A stretch of 64,000 nucleotides of DNA from positions 62,001 to 126,000 of the IMG/VR virus record IMGVR_UViG_3300042511_000879; one strand, written 5' to 3'. Made by a program: the position numbers and the translations under genes. Of the stretch, positions 31,156 to 40,205 are shown piece after piece. The number at the start of each line of letters is the position of its first letter. Positions within the stretch are counted from its first letter, which is position 1. Under the pieces are notes generated by a model. That model made no database searches. It was not told where the DNA came from and saw only the letters and a list, made by a program, of their open reading frames with translations.

Positions 31156-31646
31156 TAAATTACTATTTTACCGTTACCGATTTTAATATTAGTATCTCCT
31201 TCTTTTAAGATATTTGGAGGTAAAATTTGTTTTGCTCCATTTGGTTTTTGTGCTGCTTTTCTTTGTAAATATTCAAGTCGTTTAGCATCTTTAATTGGAA
31301 GTCTTTTAGTATCGACAAACTGGTCTCTAATTGAAGGTTCATTTGTTGTATTTAAAATTTTAATTTCTTTGACAACTTTAAGAGCTTCTCTATGGTTTGG
31401 AATATTAAGAACATCTCCTAATTTTATAGAAAATGGATTTGAAATGCCATTCCATTTTAATATGTAATCACAGTAGTTTGCATTTCTATAATATAGTAAT
31501 GAAATTAAATCAATTCTACCAACCTGATCCTCAGTAACAGTATGTTCATTTATTGTTTCATTGTTTTCAATAAATACAAGAGTAGGCTTGGTAAATTTAT
31601 ATCTACCATCTACTAATTTCTTTTTATTTAGTGTATCAAACTGCAT
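31155..31646 (-). CDS. Baseplate wedge protein, gp53/LysM-like
   Basis: GRIDLISLLYYRNANYCDYILKWNGISNPFSIKLGDVLNIP is the gp53/LysM pattern. Confidence 0.8.
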   Translation of the reverse strand: MQFDTLNKKKLVDGRYKFTKPTLVFIENNETINEHTVTEDQVGRIDLISLLYYRNANYCDYILKWNGISNPFSIKLGDVLNIPNHREALKVVKEIKILNTTNEPSIRDQFVDTKRLPIKDAKRLEYLQRKAAQKPNGAKQILPPNILKEGDTNIKIGNGKIVI

Positions 31647-33493
31647 TATCCGTTACTTAATTTTCTAAAGTTATTTACAAAGGTATCTTTACCTGCTCCT
31701 TTTCTATCCTTGTTTCCATATTCATTAACATCAACTGTTTTGTTAATATCTGCAACATCATCAGGTTGAACATAGAATCGTCCCCTTCCTGAGTTAAACA
31801 TTGATTCAATTTCTGCTTTATCTCTTGGTCGGCCTGGTTTTAACTTAATAACTGCAGTCATGTGTTCTGGAAAATCTTGAATTCCCATACCACCTTCAAA
31901 TGTTATCTCACAGTCAGTCATACATAGGTTACCAATTACCATTATTGGATTAAGCGGATTCCCTACAGTTAAGTGCCAGTTTCCAGTAGGATCCCCTGTA
32001 AGTAATGAAGCTGCTGCCTGTCCTCCCTGTGGAGTATTAAACATATCCATCGCCATACCTCCAATAAGATTATTTAAAAACTTATTATCTTTAAGAGCTC
32101 CTAATGCACCTCCAATATCTCCGCTCATTAACGCTCCTGCAGCACCTGCCATTCCGGTTCCTGCTCCTTTGAACATTTTACCCATATCATCAACAATACT
32201 TCCTGCAAATCCAAGATAATCTCCTTCTCGAAGTTTACTTAAATTACCTAAAGGTTTTGCAACTGACCCATCTCCAATGTATCTAACAGAGCCTCCCCAA
32301 AAAGGAGCATTATTATATGTTAACGCTAGAATATTTGCAAGTTGGTCTAACATCATGATTTTAGGATTTGCTCCTTCAAATGCTCTAAGTTCATATTCAA
32401 ACTTAATAGTAAATTCTTGTTCAAATTTAAGACCCTGTTCTCTAACTAATACGTTCTTAATAACATTCATTGGACCGAAAACATGGTTAGGATATGTAGC
32501 ACTGAATGAATCAAATCCAGCATTTTGTTTATTTGCGTTTGCAGCAACTGCGTCTCTACCTGCTCCTCCATTTGCCATGGCAGAAAGAATTTTATTCCCT
32601 TCAACAATACTACCAAATTTTGCAGAAGCAGCTCCTTGCTGTGAATTTAATGTTTGCACTGTTGATTCTGCATCTTTCCATCCGTATCCATTTGTGAATT
32701 TTAATATATCTCCCATGTTATTTCCAGGAGTTTCGCCAAGCCAAGTTACTGCACGGGCAATATCCGGTTGTTGTATGCTTTCCATAGTTTTTCCATCTTG
32801 GGCAAGAGCCTGTGGAGTTACAATATCATCAGCAGCTGGATATGAGAATCTACGAAGTGTAATAAGCATATTGTTAGGGATTTTACCATAATATTTTGCC
32901 AATGCAAAATCTGAGTATTGGTATCTATATGCATAATTATCAGTAAGAGCCGAAGTTCTTTCTATAATCTGAGTTACTGTTGGATTTTTAAGGTCATTAA
33001 TATTTATTTTTTGATAAACAGTATTTCCATCAATGTTAGATATAAATCCGTTTTTAGAAGAATCTAATGGATTTCCTCTATAATTAATTAGCGAATACTT
33101 ATTAAAAGCAGAATATGGTCTTGCACCAACTGTTATCTTTTTACCTTCATTTCCAGGTTGAGTTGACTTATATACTTCAGAATCTACAATATCACTATAG
33201 TATTTGGACTTTCCGGTTTCGGCACCTAATATTGTAAAGGGTTGATCAGATGAAGCAGCTCTTTTTTGCGTTTGATCCTCTGTTTTTGGATCTTTTGCAA
33301 CAGGTTTTCCGCTGCCCTTTGAACCCGAATGTACACCATCTGGATTTGAACCTTCAATATTTGCAGCATCTAATCCAGCTACATTTTTAACAGCACTAAT
33401 AAATCCTTTTCCTATCGAGGATTCTTTAGTAGTTTTAAATGCAGATCCAGCCTTTTCCGTTACTTTATCAAACCAGCCTTTTTCTCCAGCCAT
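31646..33493 (-). CDS. Baseplate/tail-tube-associated structural protein (gp48-like), tentative
   Basis: First gene of the baseplate operon; FEQEFTIKFEYEL and WHLTVGNPLNPIMVIGNLCMTDCEITF resemble tube-fold proteins. Confidence 0.45.
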   Translation of the reverse strand: MAGEKGWFDKVTEKAGSAFKTTKESSIGKGFISAVKNVAGLDAANIEGSNPDGVHSGSKGSGKPVAKDPKTEDQTQKRAASSDQPFTILGAETGKSKYYSDIVDSEVYKSTQPGNEGKKITVGARPYSAFNKYSLINYRGNPLDSSKNGFISNIDGNTVYQKININDLKNPTVTQIIERTSALTDNYAYRYQYSDFALAKYYGKIPNNMLITLRRFSYPAADDIVTPQALAQDGKTMESIQQPDIARAVTWLGETPGNNMGDILKFTNGYGWKDAESTVQTLNSQQGAASAKFGSIVEGNKILSAMANGGAGRDAVAANANKQNAGFDSFSATYPNHVFGPMNVIKNVLVREQGLKFEQEFTIKFEYELRAFEGANPKIMMLDQLANILALTYNNAPFWGGSVRYIGDGSVAKPLGNLSKLREGDYLGFAGSIVDDMGKMFKGAGTGMAGAAGALMSGDIGGALGALKDNKFLNNLIGGMAMDMFNTPQGGQAAASLLTGDPTGNWHLTVGNPLNPIMVIGNLCMTDCEITFEGGMGIQDFPEHMTAVIKLKPGRPRDKAEIESMFNSGRGRFYVQPDDVADINKTVDVNEYGNKDRKGAGKDTFVNNFRKLSNG

Positions 33494-33536
33494 TCCTATT
33501 AAATATATTTGTTTAGGTATATATCATCGAAACTGG

Positions 33537-34124
33537 CTATTCTAAATTATCATAGTCAATAGATAGAGGTCTATACAATAATTTATCAAAGTAATCTTTT
33601 TGAGTTCCTGCTCTTTTGTCTAAGAACTTTTTAATATGAGCTTCAAATACTCCTCGACTTTCATAATAATATGTGCCCTTTGAATATGCTGACCTTGTAG
33701 TAAGTTCATAAAGGTCTCTAATAGATTTTTCAACTAAGAAGTCTTGGATATTGTTCTGTAACTCATTAAGTTCATCGTATGTTCTAACGCACATTACCGA
33801 GTCAACAACAATCAAAAAAGTTTCCCATTTTGAATCAATATAGTTCTGAAGTTCTTTTACGTTTGGTATGTTTGTTCTAGAAATTCTGAAAATAGTATTC
33901 CCTCCCTCAAATGAGCGATCAAATTTCATATCAAACATATATCTTTTAAGAAAGTCTATGTCATCATAAAATTTAACAATTCTGATCTGGTATCTAGGCA
34001 TTTTATCGTTAAACTCAATATCGTGGATTATTGCTTTAACAGGAAAAACAATATTGCTATATCTATTATTAGTTATTAGTACATTGATATATTCACCTTT
34101 TGAAAAAAGTTTATGTCTAATCAT
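33537..34124 (-). CDS. Hypothetical protein
   Basis: ORF track; tightly packed minus-strand operon. Confidence 0.6.
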   Translation of the reverse strand: MIRHKLFSKGEYINVLITNNRYSNIVFPVKAIIHDIEFNDKMPRYQIRIVKFYDDIDFLKRYMFDMKFDRSFEGGNTIFRISRTNIPNVKELQNYIDSKWETFLIVVDSVMCVRTYDELNELQNNIQDFLVEKSIRDLYELTTRSAYSKGTYYYESRGVFEAHIKKFLDKRAGTQKDYFDKLLYRPLSIDYDNLE

Positions 34125-34524
34125 TTGGAATTAATTTAACACTGTCAAATTGAGAGAGTATCGTCTCGTCAATCTTTTTATATTTATCGATAATTATTAA
34201 AGAGATTAAGAGTTCTCTTTCAGTATTAGTTTGAATTAATTTTTTGAAGTTACTTACAATGTCAGAATCGAGGCTTCTAAATACATAAATTACGCGATCT
34301 ACGTCCTTTGTGTCAGAGCGTAAGCATCGCGTAATTTCATTTATTATAGTTAATCCAATTATTGAGTCATTCGGGTCCCCACAATATGGGTCAGCTTTAA
34401 TAAGTTTATTTTTAATACTAAAAAAGTCGATTATTTTAGTCGATTCTTTTATTGTACCTTTAATAAACTTGTTAAAATCTCTTCGTGACGGACACCAAAC
34501 GCAATCAATTTGTAAGTTATTCAT
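34117..34524 (-). CDS. Hypothetical protein
   Basis: ORF track; overlaps both neighbours by a few bases. Confidence 0.6.
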   Translation of the reverse strand: MNNLQIDCVWCPSRRDFNKFIKGTIKESTKIIDFFSIKNKLIKADPYCGDPNDSIIGLTIINEITRCLRSDTKDVDRVIYVFRSLDSDIVSNFKKLIQTNTERELLISLIIIDKYKKIDETILSQFDSVKLIPND

Positions 34525-34840
34525 TAACTGTTAGCTTTCCACCCGATAATCTTTTAAGATCGGATTTGATAGCTTCTATTTTTTCATTTTTATCTTTATC
34601 ATTTGGAATATAATCATTTCCCCATGACTCGATAATTTTGATTTGGTTTTTACTTTTGGAATTACCAAAAGAAAGACCTATGTCGATGCAAAGGTCTTCA
34701 ATGAATTTAATTTTGGAAATTTGGTCAGAAAAATCATATACTACTGTTGATTCATAACTTTCTCCTCCAGCATTAATATTATCATCTACTACCGTTTTAA
34801 TAACACCGTTATCTGCTAGTGTTATCTTAACTGTTTGCAT
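34517..34840 (-). CDS. Hypothetical protein
   Basis: ORF track; operon packing. Confidence 0.6.
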   Translation of the reverse strand: MQTVKITLADNGVIKTVVDDNINAGGESYESTVVYDFSDQISKIKFIEDLCIDIGLSFGNSKSKNQIKIIESWGNDYIPNDKDKNEKIEAIKSDLKRLSGGKLTVNE

Positions 34841-35219
34841 TAAATCTCTCTATTAGTGAATCTTTAGCGTCCTTCATTAATTTTCTAGCAGCTTTTTTAT
34901 CTTCTCTAAGAGTTTGTTTATTTTTAACAGCTAGTGTAAAAAATGCCTCGCTTAACATTTCAATTTCTGCGTCATTATATCCTATCTGTTTCCAAGTCTC
35001 TTTTAAACTTTCAGCTTTTTGAGCTAATTGTTCTTCTAATTGGTCCATGATTCTTTTTTCATGGGCTTCTTGTGCTGCTTTAGAACTTGCACGCAGACTT
35101 TCTCTTAGTTGAATACCTTCAGCAGAAAGTGGACTTAACATGTTTTTGATTTTTAAATAACCCATTGCGCTCAATTGAGCTCTTCTTTGTCTTCTAGAGA
35201 CAGTTGCTGTTTTAGCCAT
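34827..35219 (-). CDS. Hypothetical basic helical protein
   Basis: ORF track; SRRQRRAQL N-terminus; operon packing. Confidence 0.6.
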   Translation of the reverse strand: MAKTATVSRRQRRAQLSAMGYLKIKNMLSPLSAEGIQLRESLRASSKAAQEAHEKRIMDQLEEQLAQKAESLKETWKQIGYNDAEIEMLSEAFFTLAVKNKQTLREDKKAARKLMKDAKDSLIERFNANS

Positions 35220-35808
35220 TATAGTAATTGTTTATAAAAATTGATACTTCTTCAGTTAAATATTCTTGTAGTTTATTTATCTCAATTTGAGACACTGCTA
35301 CTTTTGCAATAGTTTTGATTAGTTCTTCTCTGTCCTCGTCTGCATTATCTATTAACATATCAAATACCTTTTTATTTGGTATATTTAGATTAATTTTAGC
35401 TTCGAAAGGCTCAACATTTTTTTTGGAAAGTTTGTTAATCAATTGTTCTAATGGAGATTCCTTAGGTGCAATATATGCTGCTTTAGGTTCTTCATTTTTT
35501 ATTACATTAATTCCTTTTGCTATACTAGATAATTGATCAGCTCCCGGAAATGGAATTTCACCATTTATAATCTCTTCTAAAAATTCAGGTAAAACTTCAT
35601 TGTATATCTGAGATCCGTCTGTAAAATATGTAAATTCAGAATCTCTTTCTTTTACTTCAACTATTTTACCGAAGTTATCTCCGGCTTTCCATTGGTATTT
35701 TTTTACATCTTCTTTCACTAGTTCCATTTTTAATGTATTTTTATAATTATATTGTTTTTTGAAAAAATGTTTCTTAGTCCAATTCAAAAAAGACTGAATC
35801 ACTTTCAT
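35212..35808 (-). CDS. Hypothetical protein (true start may be MELVKE at 35727)
   Basis: ORF track; the annotated start overlaps the upstream ORF by 35 nt. Confidence 0.6.
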   Translation of the reverse strand: MKVIQSFLNWTKKHFFKKQYNYKNTLKMELVKEDVKKYQWKAGDNFGKIVEVKERDSEFTYFTDGSQIYNEVLPEFLEEIINGEIPFPGADQLSSIAKGINVIKNEEPKAAYIAPKESPLEQLINKLSKKNVEPFEAKINLNIPNKKVFDMLIDNADEDREELIKTIAKVAVSQIEINKLQEYLTEEVSIFINNYYNG

Positions 35809-35974
35809 TTCGATATTTATTTTTAAATTTATCTATGTAATCTACAGACTTTGAACTTCCTATTAATACATCTGCGTTTCTAACGTATTTTCTAAAAAAA
35901 GAAATACTTCCTTTACATTTAAGAAATTCTTTAAGAGCCTTTTTTTCAGGCACAAATATTTTATTAATACTCAT
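35774..35974 (-). CDS. Small hypothetical protein
   Basis: ORF track; sits between dCMP deaminase and the next gene. Confidence 0.45.
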   Translation of the reverse strand: MSINKIFVPEKKALKEFLKCKGSISFFRKYVRNADVLIGSSKSVDYIDKFKNKYRNESDSVFFELD

Positions 35975-36479
35975 TCCACGCTATTACTTGTTCAACTTCA
36001 ATTTCTGCTTTTTTAAGTAGTTCAACACCGCTCATATCTCTATAATCTTCAGTGTAGTATACTTTTTTGATTCCGGCTTGTATGATTAATTTTGCACAAT
36101 CAAAGCATGGACACGTTGTAGTATATAAATCGGCTCCTTCGCAACTCATTGTAGATTTTGCAACTTTCATAATTGCATTAGATTCTGCGTGTAAGACTTC
36201 TCGTTTGGTAACATGTCGATGAGCACAACATGAATTATCATTTGAAAGGGTCCATCCATTATCTTCTAAAAGTTCAGCGTTGTCAGGATTATCCCAATAA
36301 GTTGTTTCCACCATCTCGCATTCATTTTCGAACCCGTGGGGAGTACCATTGTAGCCAAATGAAATTACTTGTTTGTCTTTAACAATAACACATCCTACCT
36401 TTCTACGTTCAGCATAACTAAGTTTTGCGAACTGATATGCAACTTGCATATAAATTATCTCTGTCGGAATTTTGGGCAT
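35964..36479 (-). CDS. dCMP deaminase
   Basis: RRKVGCVIV, GYNGTP, HAESNAI and PCFDCAK zinc-binding deaminase motifs. Confidence 0.93.
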   Translation of the reverse strand: MPKIPTEIIYMQVAYQFAKLSYAERRKVGCVIVKDKQVISFGYNGTPHGFENECEMVETTYWDNPDNAELLEDNGWTLSNDNSCCAHRHVTKREVLHAESNAIMKVAKSTMSCEGADLYTTTCPCFDCAKLIIQAGIKKVYYTEDYRDMSGVELLKKAEIEVEQVIAWNEY

Positions 36480-36481
36480 AA

Positions 36482-36519
36482 AAAAAGTCTATATATGTTA
36501 TATTATATATAGACTTTTT
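36482..36519. repeat. 15-bp perfect inverted repeat overlapping a class-2 promoter
   Basis: AAAAAGTCTATATAT (36482-36496) and ATATATAGACTTTTT (36505-36519) with an 8-nt loop, 2 nt from the dCMP deaminase start. Confidence 0.85.
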
Positions 36520-36529
36520 ATTTAGTTTA
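36502..36529 (-). promoter_or_regulatory. Class-2 promoter KAAAC-N17-TATAAW (representative of 8 copies)
   Basis: Exact 17-nt spacing at 36502-36528, 38711-38737, 40852-40878, 44698-44724, 46789-46815, 50898-50924 and 53162-53188 (all minus) and at 56453-56479 (plus), each just upstream of a start codon. Confidence 0.75.
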
Positions 36530-36548
36530 CCGGTTGGACCGGATTTCT

Positions 36549-37031
36549 TTATTTTATATCTTCAGCGTCAGTAGCAACAGTAGCTTCTTTACTTTCATTA
36601 ATTTTCTTACTGAAAGCCTCGCTCATTTTATTTAAACATGCTTCGTATGCTTCAGATTCCATGTCTTTTTTCATTTCTTTTACACAATTAGATGCCATAC
36701 TAGCAACAAGTGATGCATTTTCAGCCATATATGTTTCTACAGTATGCTCATCATGCGCATCTTCTTCCCATGTTTTAGCTTCTGCAATAACTGCTTCATA
36801 ACACTCTTTTAATAATTCAGAAACAGGTTTTGTCTCTTCTTTAATTTCTTCAGCCTCATCTCCGATGTTTGCTTCGCCAGCTTCGTCTAGTCCTTGAACC
36901 TCTTCTGCTTCCTCTTCTGTTTCTTCTTCAGATTTAACATCAGGAGTTCCTTTAGCAACAACGTCTGCTTCTATTTCTTCGGCTCTGTCCATTTCTGAGA
37001 CAAATTCTTCGAATTTTTTAATACTTGCCAT
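36549..37031 (-). CDS. Acidic prohead-core-like protein with capsid-targeting-like leader
   Basis: MASIKKFEEFVSE|M leader, very Glu-rich, internal IAE/INE sites resembling T4 gp21 cleavage sites. Confidence 0.55.
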   Translation of the reverse strand: MASIKKFEEFVSEMDRAEEIEADVVAKGTPDVKSEEETEEEAEEVQGLDEAGEANIGDEAEEIKEETKPVSELLKECYEAVIAEAKTWEEDAHDEHTVETYMAENASLVASMASNCVKEMKKDMESEAYEACLNKMSEAFSKKINESKEATVATDAEDIK

Positions 37032-37057
37032 AATATATTTGTATTTTTATTTAATAA

Positions 37058-37459
37058 TTAATTTTGTGTTGGAGAATTAGAACTATTTGATTTTAAAGTT
37101 TTTATTAATGTAGCAATTGCTGCATCTTGTCTTTTCCATGCTGTAGTTTTTTCAACTTCTTCTCCTACTCTTGGTCTATCCGGATTGTTAGGGTCAAGTC
37201 CAACTTTTTGAAATCTACCTTTAGAGGATACACCAATCATAGAACTAGTGTCATTATCTTCTCCTTCTCTCCAATAAATTTGTACCGCATAATCAAATGT
37301 AATTCCGTCTGACCCATTTTTTTCAATAGTAGTTTCGCTAGTAACTTCTGCCCATGGGCATTTTTTAGCAACAGTATCGATTACATACTTTCTAAATTCT
37401 TCAGAAGTTTGAACTTGTTTTTCGTTTACAAATTGTTCAAATAGTTTAATATGTTTCAT
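37058..37459 (-). CDS. Hypothetical protein with capsid-targeting-like leader
   Basis: MKHIKLFEQFVNE|K leader; GATATATA motif at 37483-37490. Confidence 0.6.
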   Translation of the reverse strand: MKHIKLFEQFVNEKQVQTSEEFRKYVIDTVAKKCPWAEVTSETTIEKNGSDGITFDYAVQIYWREGEDNDTSSMIGVSSKGRFQKVGLDPNNPDRPRVGEEVEKTTAWKRQDAAIATLIKTLKSNSSNSPTQN

Positions 37460-37481
37460 TGTTTAGATTTTTATTTAGATT

Positions 37482-37799
37482 TTATATATCTTTATTTTTT
37501 AAATAACTGAAACTGTCTGATAAAAAGTAGTCTCGGAGTTTTAGATAGTGTATCAATATAAAGAATATTGAACCTCCTGGCATTACAACTATTGTTGCTA
37601 GACCTAATGTCTTAACCAGATTTATTAATTGTTTTGCAAACTTTTTACCCTCTTCGTCAGTTAAAGGTCTACGTTCTATAACGCATGTTGTTAAAAGTTT
37701 AGACATTGATTTTGTTTCAACGCCCTCTTTTTTAAGAGCCTCTAAAAATAGGTTAACATCCTTTTTTATCTTTTCTAACTCAATTGTTTTATTTTTCAC
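37482..37799 (-). CDS. Hypothetical protein with hydrophobic C-terminal segment
   Basis: ORF track; LGLATIVVMPGGSIFFILI is reminiscent of LETM1-like/membrane helices. Confidence 0.5.
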   Translation of the reverse strand: MKNKTIELEKIKKDVNLFLEALKKEGVETKSMSKLLTTCVIERRPLTDEEGKKFAKQLINLVKTLGLATIVVMPGGSIFFILIHYLKLRDYFLSDSFSYLKNKDI

Positions 37800-38706
37800 A
37801 GAGTATAAATTCTTTTTGGTATTTTTGAAGAGCCAATTCTTTTGCTTTGGCCTCTATTTCTATATCTATTTCCATTCCATAGGTATCAATAAATTCATAT
37901 AGATAATCGGCGTGTGCTCGTATAATAACACTAGGGTCTTCGTGTAGTTTTTTGGCACTTGAATAGTGACACAATTGGCGAATACCTTTAGGCCACGTAC
38001 GAGCTGCTAAAAGAAGAGCATCTTGTTCGGACATCGGGTCTTCATAGCATCTATGGTGATGGTAGTCGAATGTGATTGGAGTACCAATTGCTTCGTAAAT
38101 TCGGTAAAGGTCATTTACAGAGTATTGTGCAGGTTTATCGTCGTTTTCGAGGATTAAACGGGACTGTGCAGAAGGTGATAACAATTTAAAGTTTTCGATG
38201 AACCTTAGGATTGCTGATTCTTTGTCACCATACGAACCTCCAACATGAATATTCATCGAATAATATGGATTTGCCGGAAGACCCATCATATCTAATATAA
38301 ATGCATGTTGATTAAGTTCTTTGATAGAATTATCGACAGTTTTTTGATTTGGACTAGGCAATACACAAAACTGACCAGGATGGAATCCAATTCGCTGACC
38401 GTATTTTTGTACAAGAGAACCCGCGCCTTTTAGTAAATTTGAAATTGTTGGCCAATTTGGCAAATCAGTAAGCTCATATTCGGACATCCATGGGAACATA
38501 CTAGACGACATACGGTACAAAGTAACGCCGTTTTTATGATTCCATTTAATGATTTCTATCATGTCGCGGATATTTGCCTCTGCAAGTTCTCCAGCGTATT
38601 TGATACCTTTTGCGTCAAAGGTTTTTTTAATCATTGAACGCCCGATTTTAATACCACTCTTGTCAAGAGTCAAATTTATGCAACAATATCCGTAGTTAGC
38701 TCCCAT
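37789..38706 (-). CDS. uvsE: UV damage endonuclease UvsE/UVDE
   Basis: GYCCIN, YRMSSSMFP, HPGQFCVL, NIHVGG, LENDDK, DYHHH, HADY and EAKAKELAL motifs. Confidence 0.92.
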   Translation of the reverse strand: MGANYGYCCINLTLDKSGIKIGRSMIKKTFDAKGIKYAGELAEANIRDMIEIIKWNHKNGVTLYRMSSSMFPWMSEYELTDLPNWPTISNLLKGAGSLVQKYGQRIGFHPGQFCVLPSPNQKTVDNSIKELNQHAFILDMMGLPANPYYSMNIHVGGSYGDKESAILRFIENFKLLSPSAQSRLILENDDKPAQYSVNDLYRIYEAIGTPITFDYHHHRCYEDPMSEQDALLLAARTWPKGIRQLCHYSSAKKLHEDPSVIIRAHADYLYEFIDTYGMEIDIEIEAKAKELALQKYQKEFILCEK

Positions 38707-38735
38707 GTATATTATATTAAGTTAATTTCAAAAGT

Positions 38736-39263
38736 TTATAGAGATACAAATATTGCCTCATCCTCATTAGGAGCCGATTCTAATCCAATACCATATCGAT
38801 ACATTAGAGTATCATATCTTCTCCAGTTTTTAACAAAAGCTAGTCCCATTGTATGCGCAGAAGGTTCAATATTTAAAAATCCACAATAATCAGGATGAGA
38901 TTTGTTAAATTGATAATCTTCCGCAATTGTTTTGATAAATTGTTCCATGTCATCTAACGGTTCCTCATCGAAATAGGGCATCCCAACGTTATACATTAAT
39001 TGACAGTAGAATTTAAGAGCCTTTACATTAATATTGTCTGCATTTGCAAATGCTCTTTGCAAATCATTATCTACCACAGCTTGGACAAAACCACCACCGA
39101 CATATCCAATTTGCCATTTGGTACATAGGATTGATGTTCCTATTTGAATGATATGATTTGCATCACCATCCGCTAATTCTTTTAGTCCGGCATGCAAACC
39201 ATTTACTGCAAGATAATTTACAACGAGTTCTTTTACAACTTCTATTTTTTTGAAAGTGTCCAT
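38736..39263 (-). CDS. Hypothetical protein
   Basis: ORF track; GGGFVQAVVDNDLQRAFANAD segment. Confidence 0.6.
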   Translation of the reverse strand: MDTFKKIEVVKELVVNYLAVNGLHAGLKELADGDANHIIQIGTSILCTKWQIGYVGGGFVQAVVDNDLQRAFANADNINVKALKFYCQLMYNVGMPYFDEEPLDDMEQFIKTIAEDYQFNKSHPDYCGFLNIEPSAHTMGLAFVKNWRRYDTLMYRYGIGLESAPNEDEAIFVSL

Positions 39264-39264
39264 C

Positions 39265-39525
39265 TTAATAATTTGTTTGAGGTTCGTATTTAGGGTAACG
39301 GTTACAGATATCGAAGATTCGCATAACTTTTGAAGCTAATTCGGTAGGTAATTGAAGGGCTTCAATTTGAATTTCAGCATATAAATACCCATCAAATAAA
39401 CCGTACATCATGTTTTCTAAGTTTCTAGAGTAATCATTGTCTCCAATTTCTCTAATGATTTTCATAATTTCGGTTCTAGTTTCTGCAACCATGTTTTCTT
39501 GTCTATCAAATCTTGTGTAACTCAT
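39265..39525 (-). CDS. Hypothetical protein under a class-1 promoter
   Basis: ORF track; promoter at 39553-39583. Confidence 0.65.
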   Translation of the reverse strand: MSYTRFDRQENMVAETRTEIMKIIREIGDNDYSRNLENMMYGLFDGYLYAEIQIEALQLPTELASKVMRIFDICNRYPKYEPQTNY

Positions 39526-39541
39526 AATATTTCTTTGTTTT

Positions 39542-39583
39542 AATTAGATATGTAAATATAATCAATATTGTTGAAAGGGGAAA
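39542..39583 (-). promoter_or_regulatory. Class-1 promoter
   Basis: TTTC(39583-39580)-N19-TATATTTA(39560-39553)CATATCTAATT, with TTAACA direct repeats upstream. Confidence 0.8.
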
Positions 39584-39604
39584 ATCCGAAGTGTTAATTT
39601 TTTG

Positions 39605-39778
39605 TTAAAAATAAACTTCTGCAGTTTGTTCATAATGCTGGATTTCATTTAAACATTCATCGTAATTAGTAAACGTTAAATCAAAAGGTTCTCTACCATC
39701 GTAGTCTACTACTGTGATTGTAACTTCTCCATTACTTTTCATTTGTCTGTGTAAATCGATTTCTCTGTAAGTTGTCAT
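39605..39778 (-). CDS. 57-aa hypothetical protein (below the ORF-track cut-off)
   Basis: Hand translation MTTYREIDLHRQMKSNGEVTITVVDYDGREPFDLTFTNYDECLNEIQHYEQTAEVYF*; has its own class-1 promoter. Confidence 0.7.
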   Translation of the reverse strand: MTTYREIDLHRQMKSNGEVTITVVDYDGREPFDLTFTNYDECLNEIQHYEQTAEVYF

Positions 39779-39792
39779 TTTTTCTTTGTTTT

Positions 39793-39860
39793 AATTAGAT
39801 ATGTAAATATAATCAAAAAAACCCAGATTCGAAAATCTGGGTTGTTAAAGTTTTGTTAAA
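39793..39860 (-). promoter_or_regulatory. Class-1 promoter with embedded terminator hairpin (copy B)
   Basis: TTTC(39834-39831)-N19-TATATTTA(39811-39804); hairpin AACCCAGAT/ATCTGGGTT at 39820-39843 differs by 1 nt from copy A. Confidence 0.8.
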
Positions 39861-40205
39861 TTATTTCCAGAATAGCTGGACACATATTATAATAAATGAA
39901 AGTATTAAACAAGTTATTGTCTTTGCATTTAGAGATTCATCCATCATAAAATATGTTAGGATAGAGAACGAAATCATACCCATTGCAAATCCAATAAATC
40001 TTCCTGGCCAAAGTTGACCATCGTAATATTCTGCAATCATTCTAGTTGCTTCTATAAAAACATATGATATTGTAGAACCTCCTATTACAGCAACTAGCAA
40101 TGGGTTTCTTTTAAACCACGGCCACATGAACTGACCATTTGTTTGGAACCATATAAACGATTGTCCAAATAGAAACAAAAGAATTCCATATATTAATGCT
40201 CTCAA
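39861..40205 (-). CDS. Small multi-pass membrane protein (SMR/EamA-like)
   Basis: 114 aa with about four hydrophobic helices. Confidence 0.55.
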   Translation of the reverse strand: MRALIYGILLFLFGQSFIWFQTNGQFMWPWFKRNPLLVAVIGGSTISYVFIEATRMIAEYYDGQLWPGRFIGFAMGMISFSILTYFMMDESLNAKTITCLILSFIIICVQLFWK

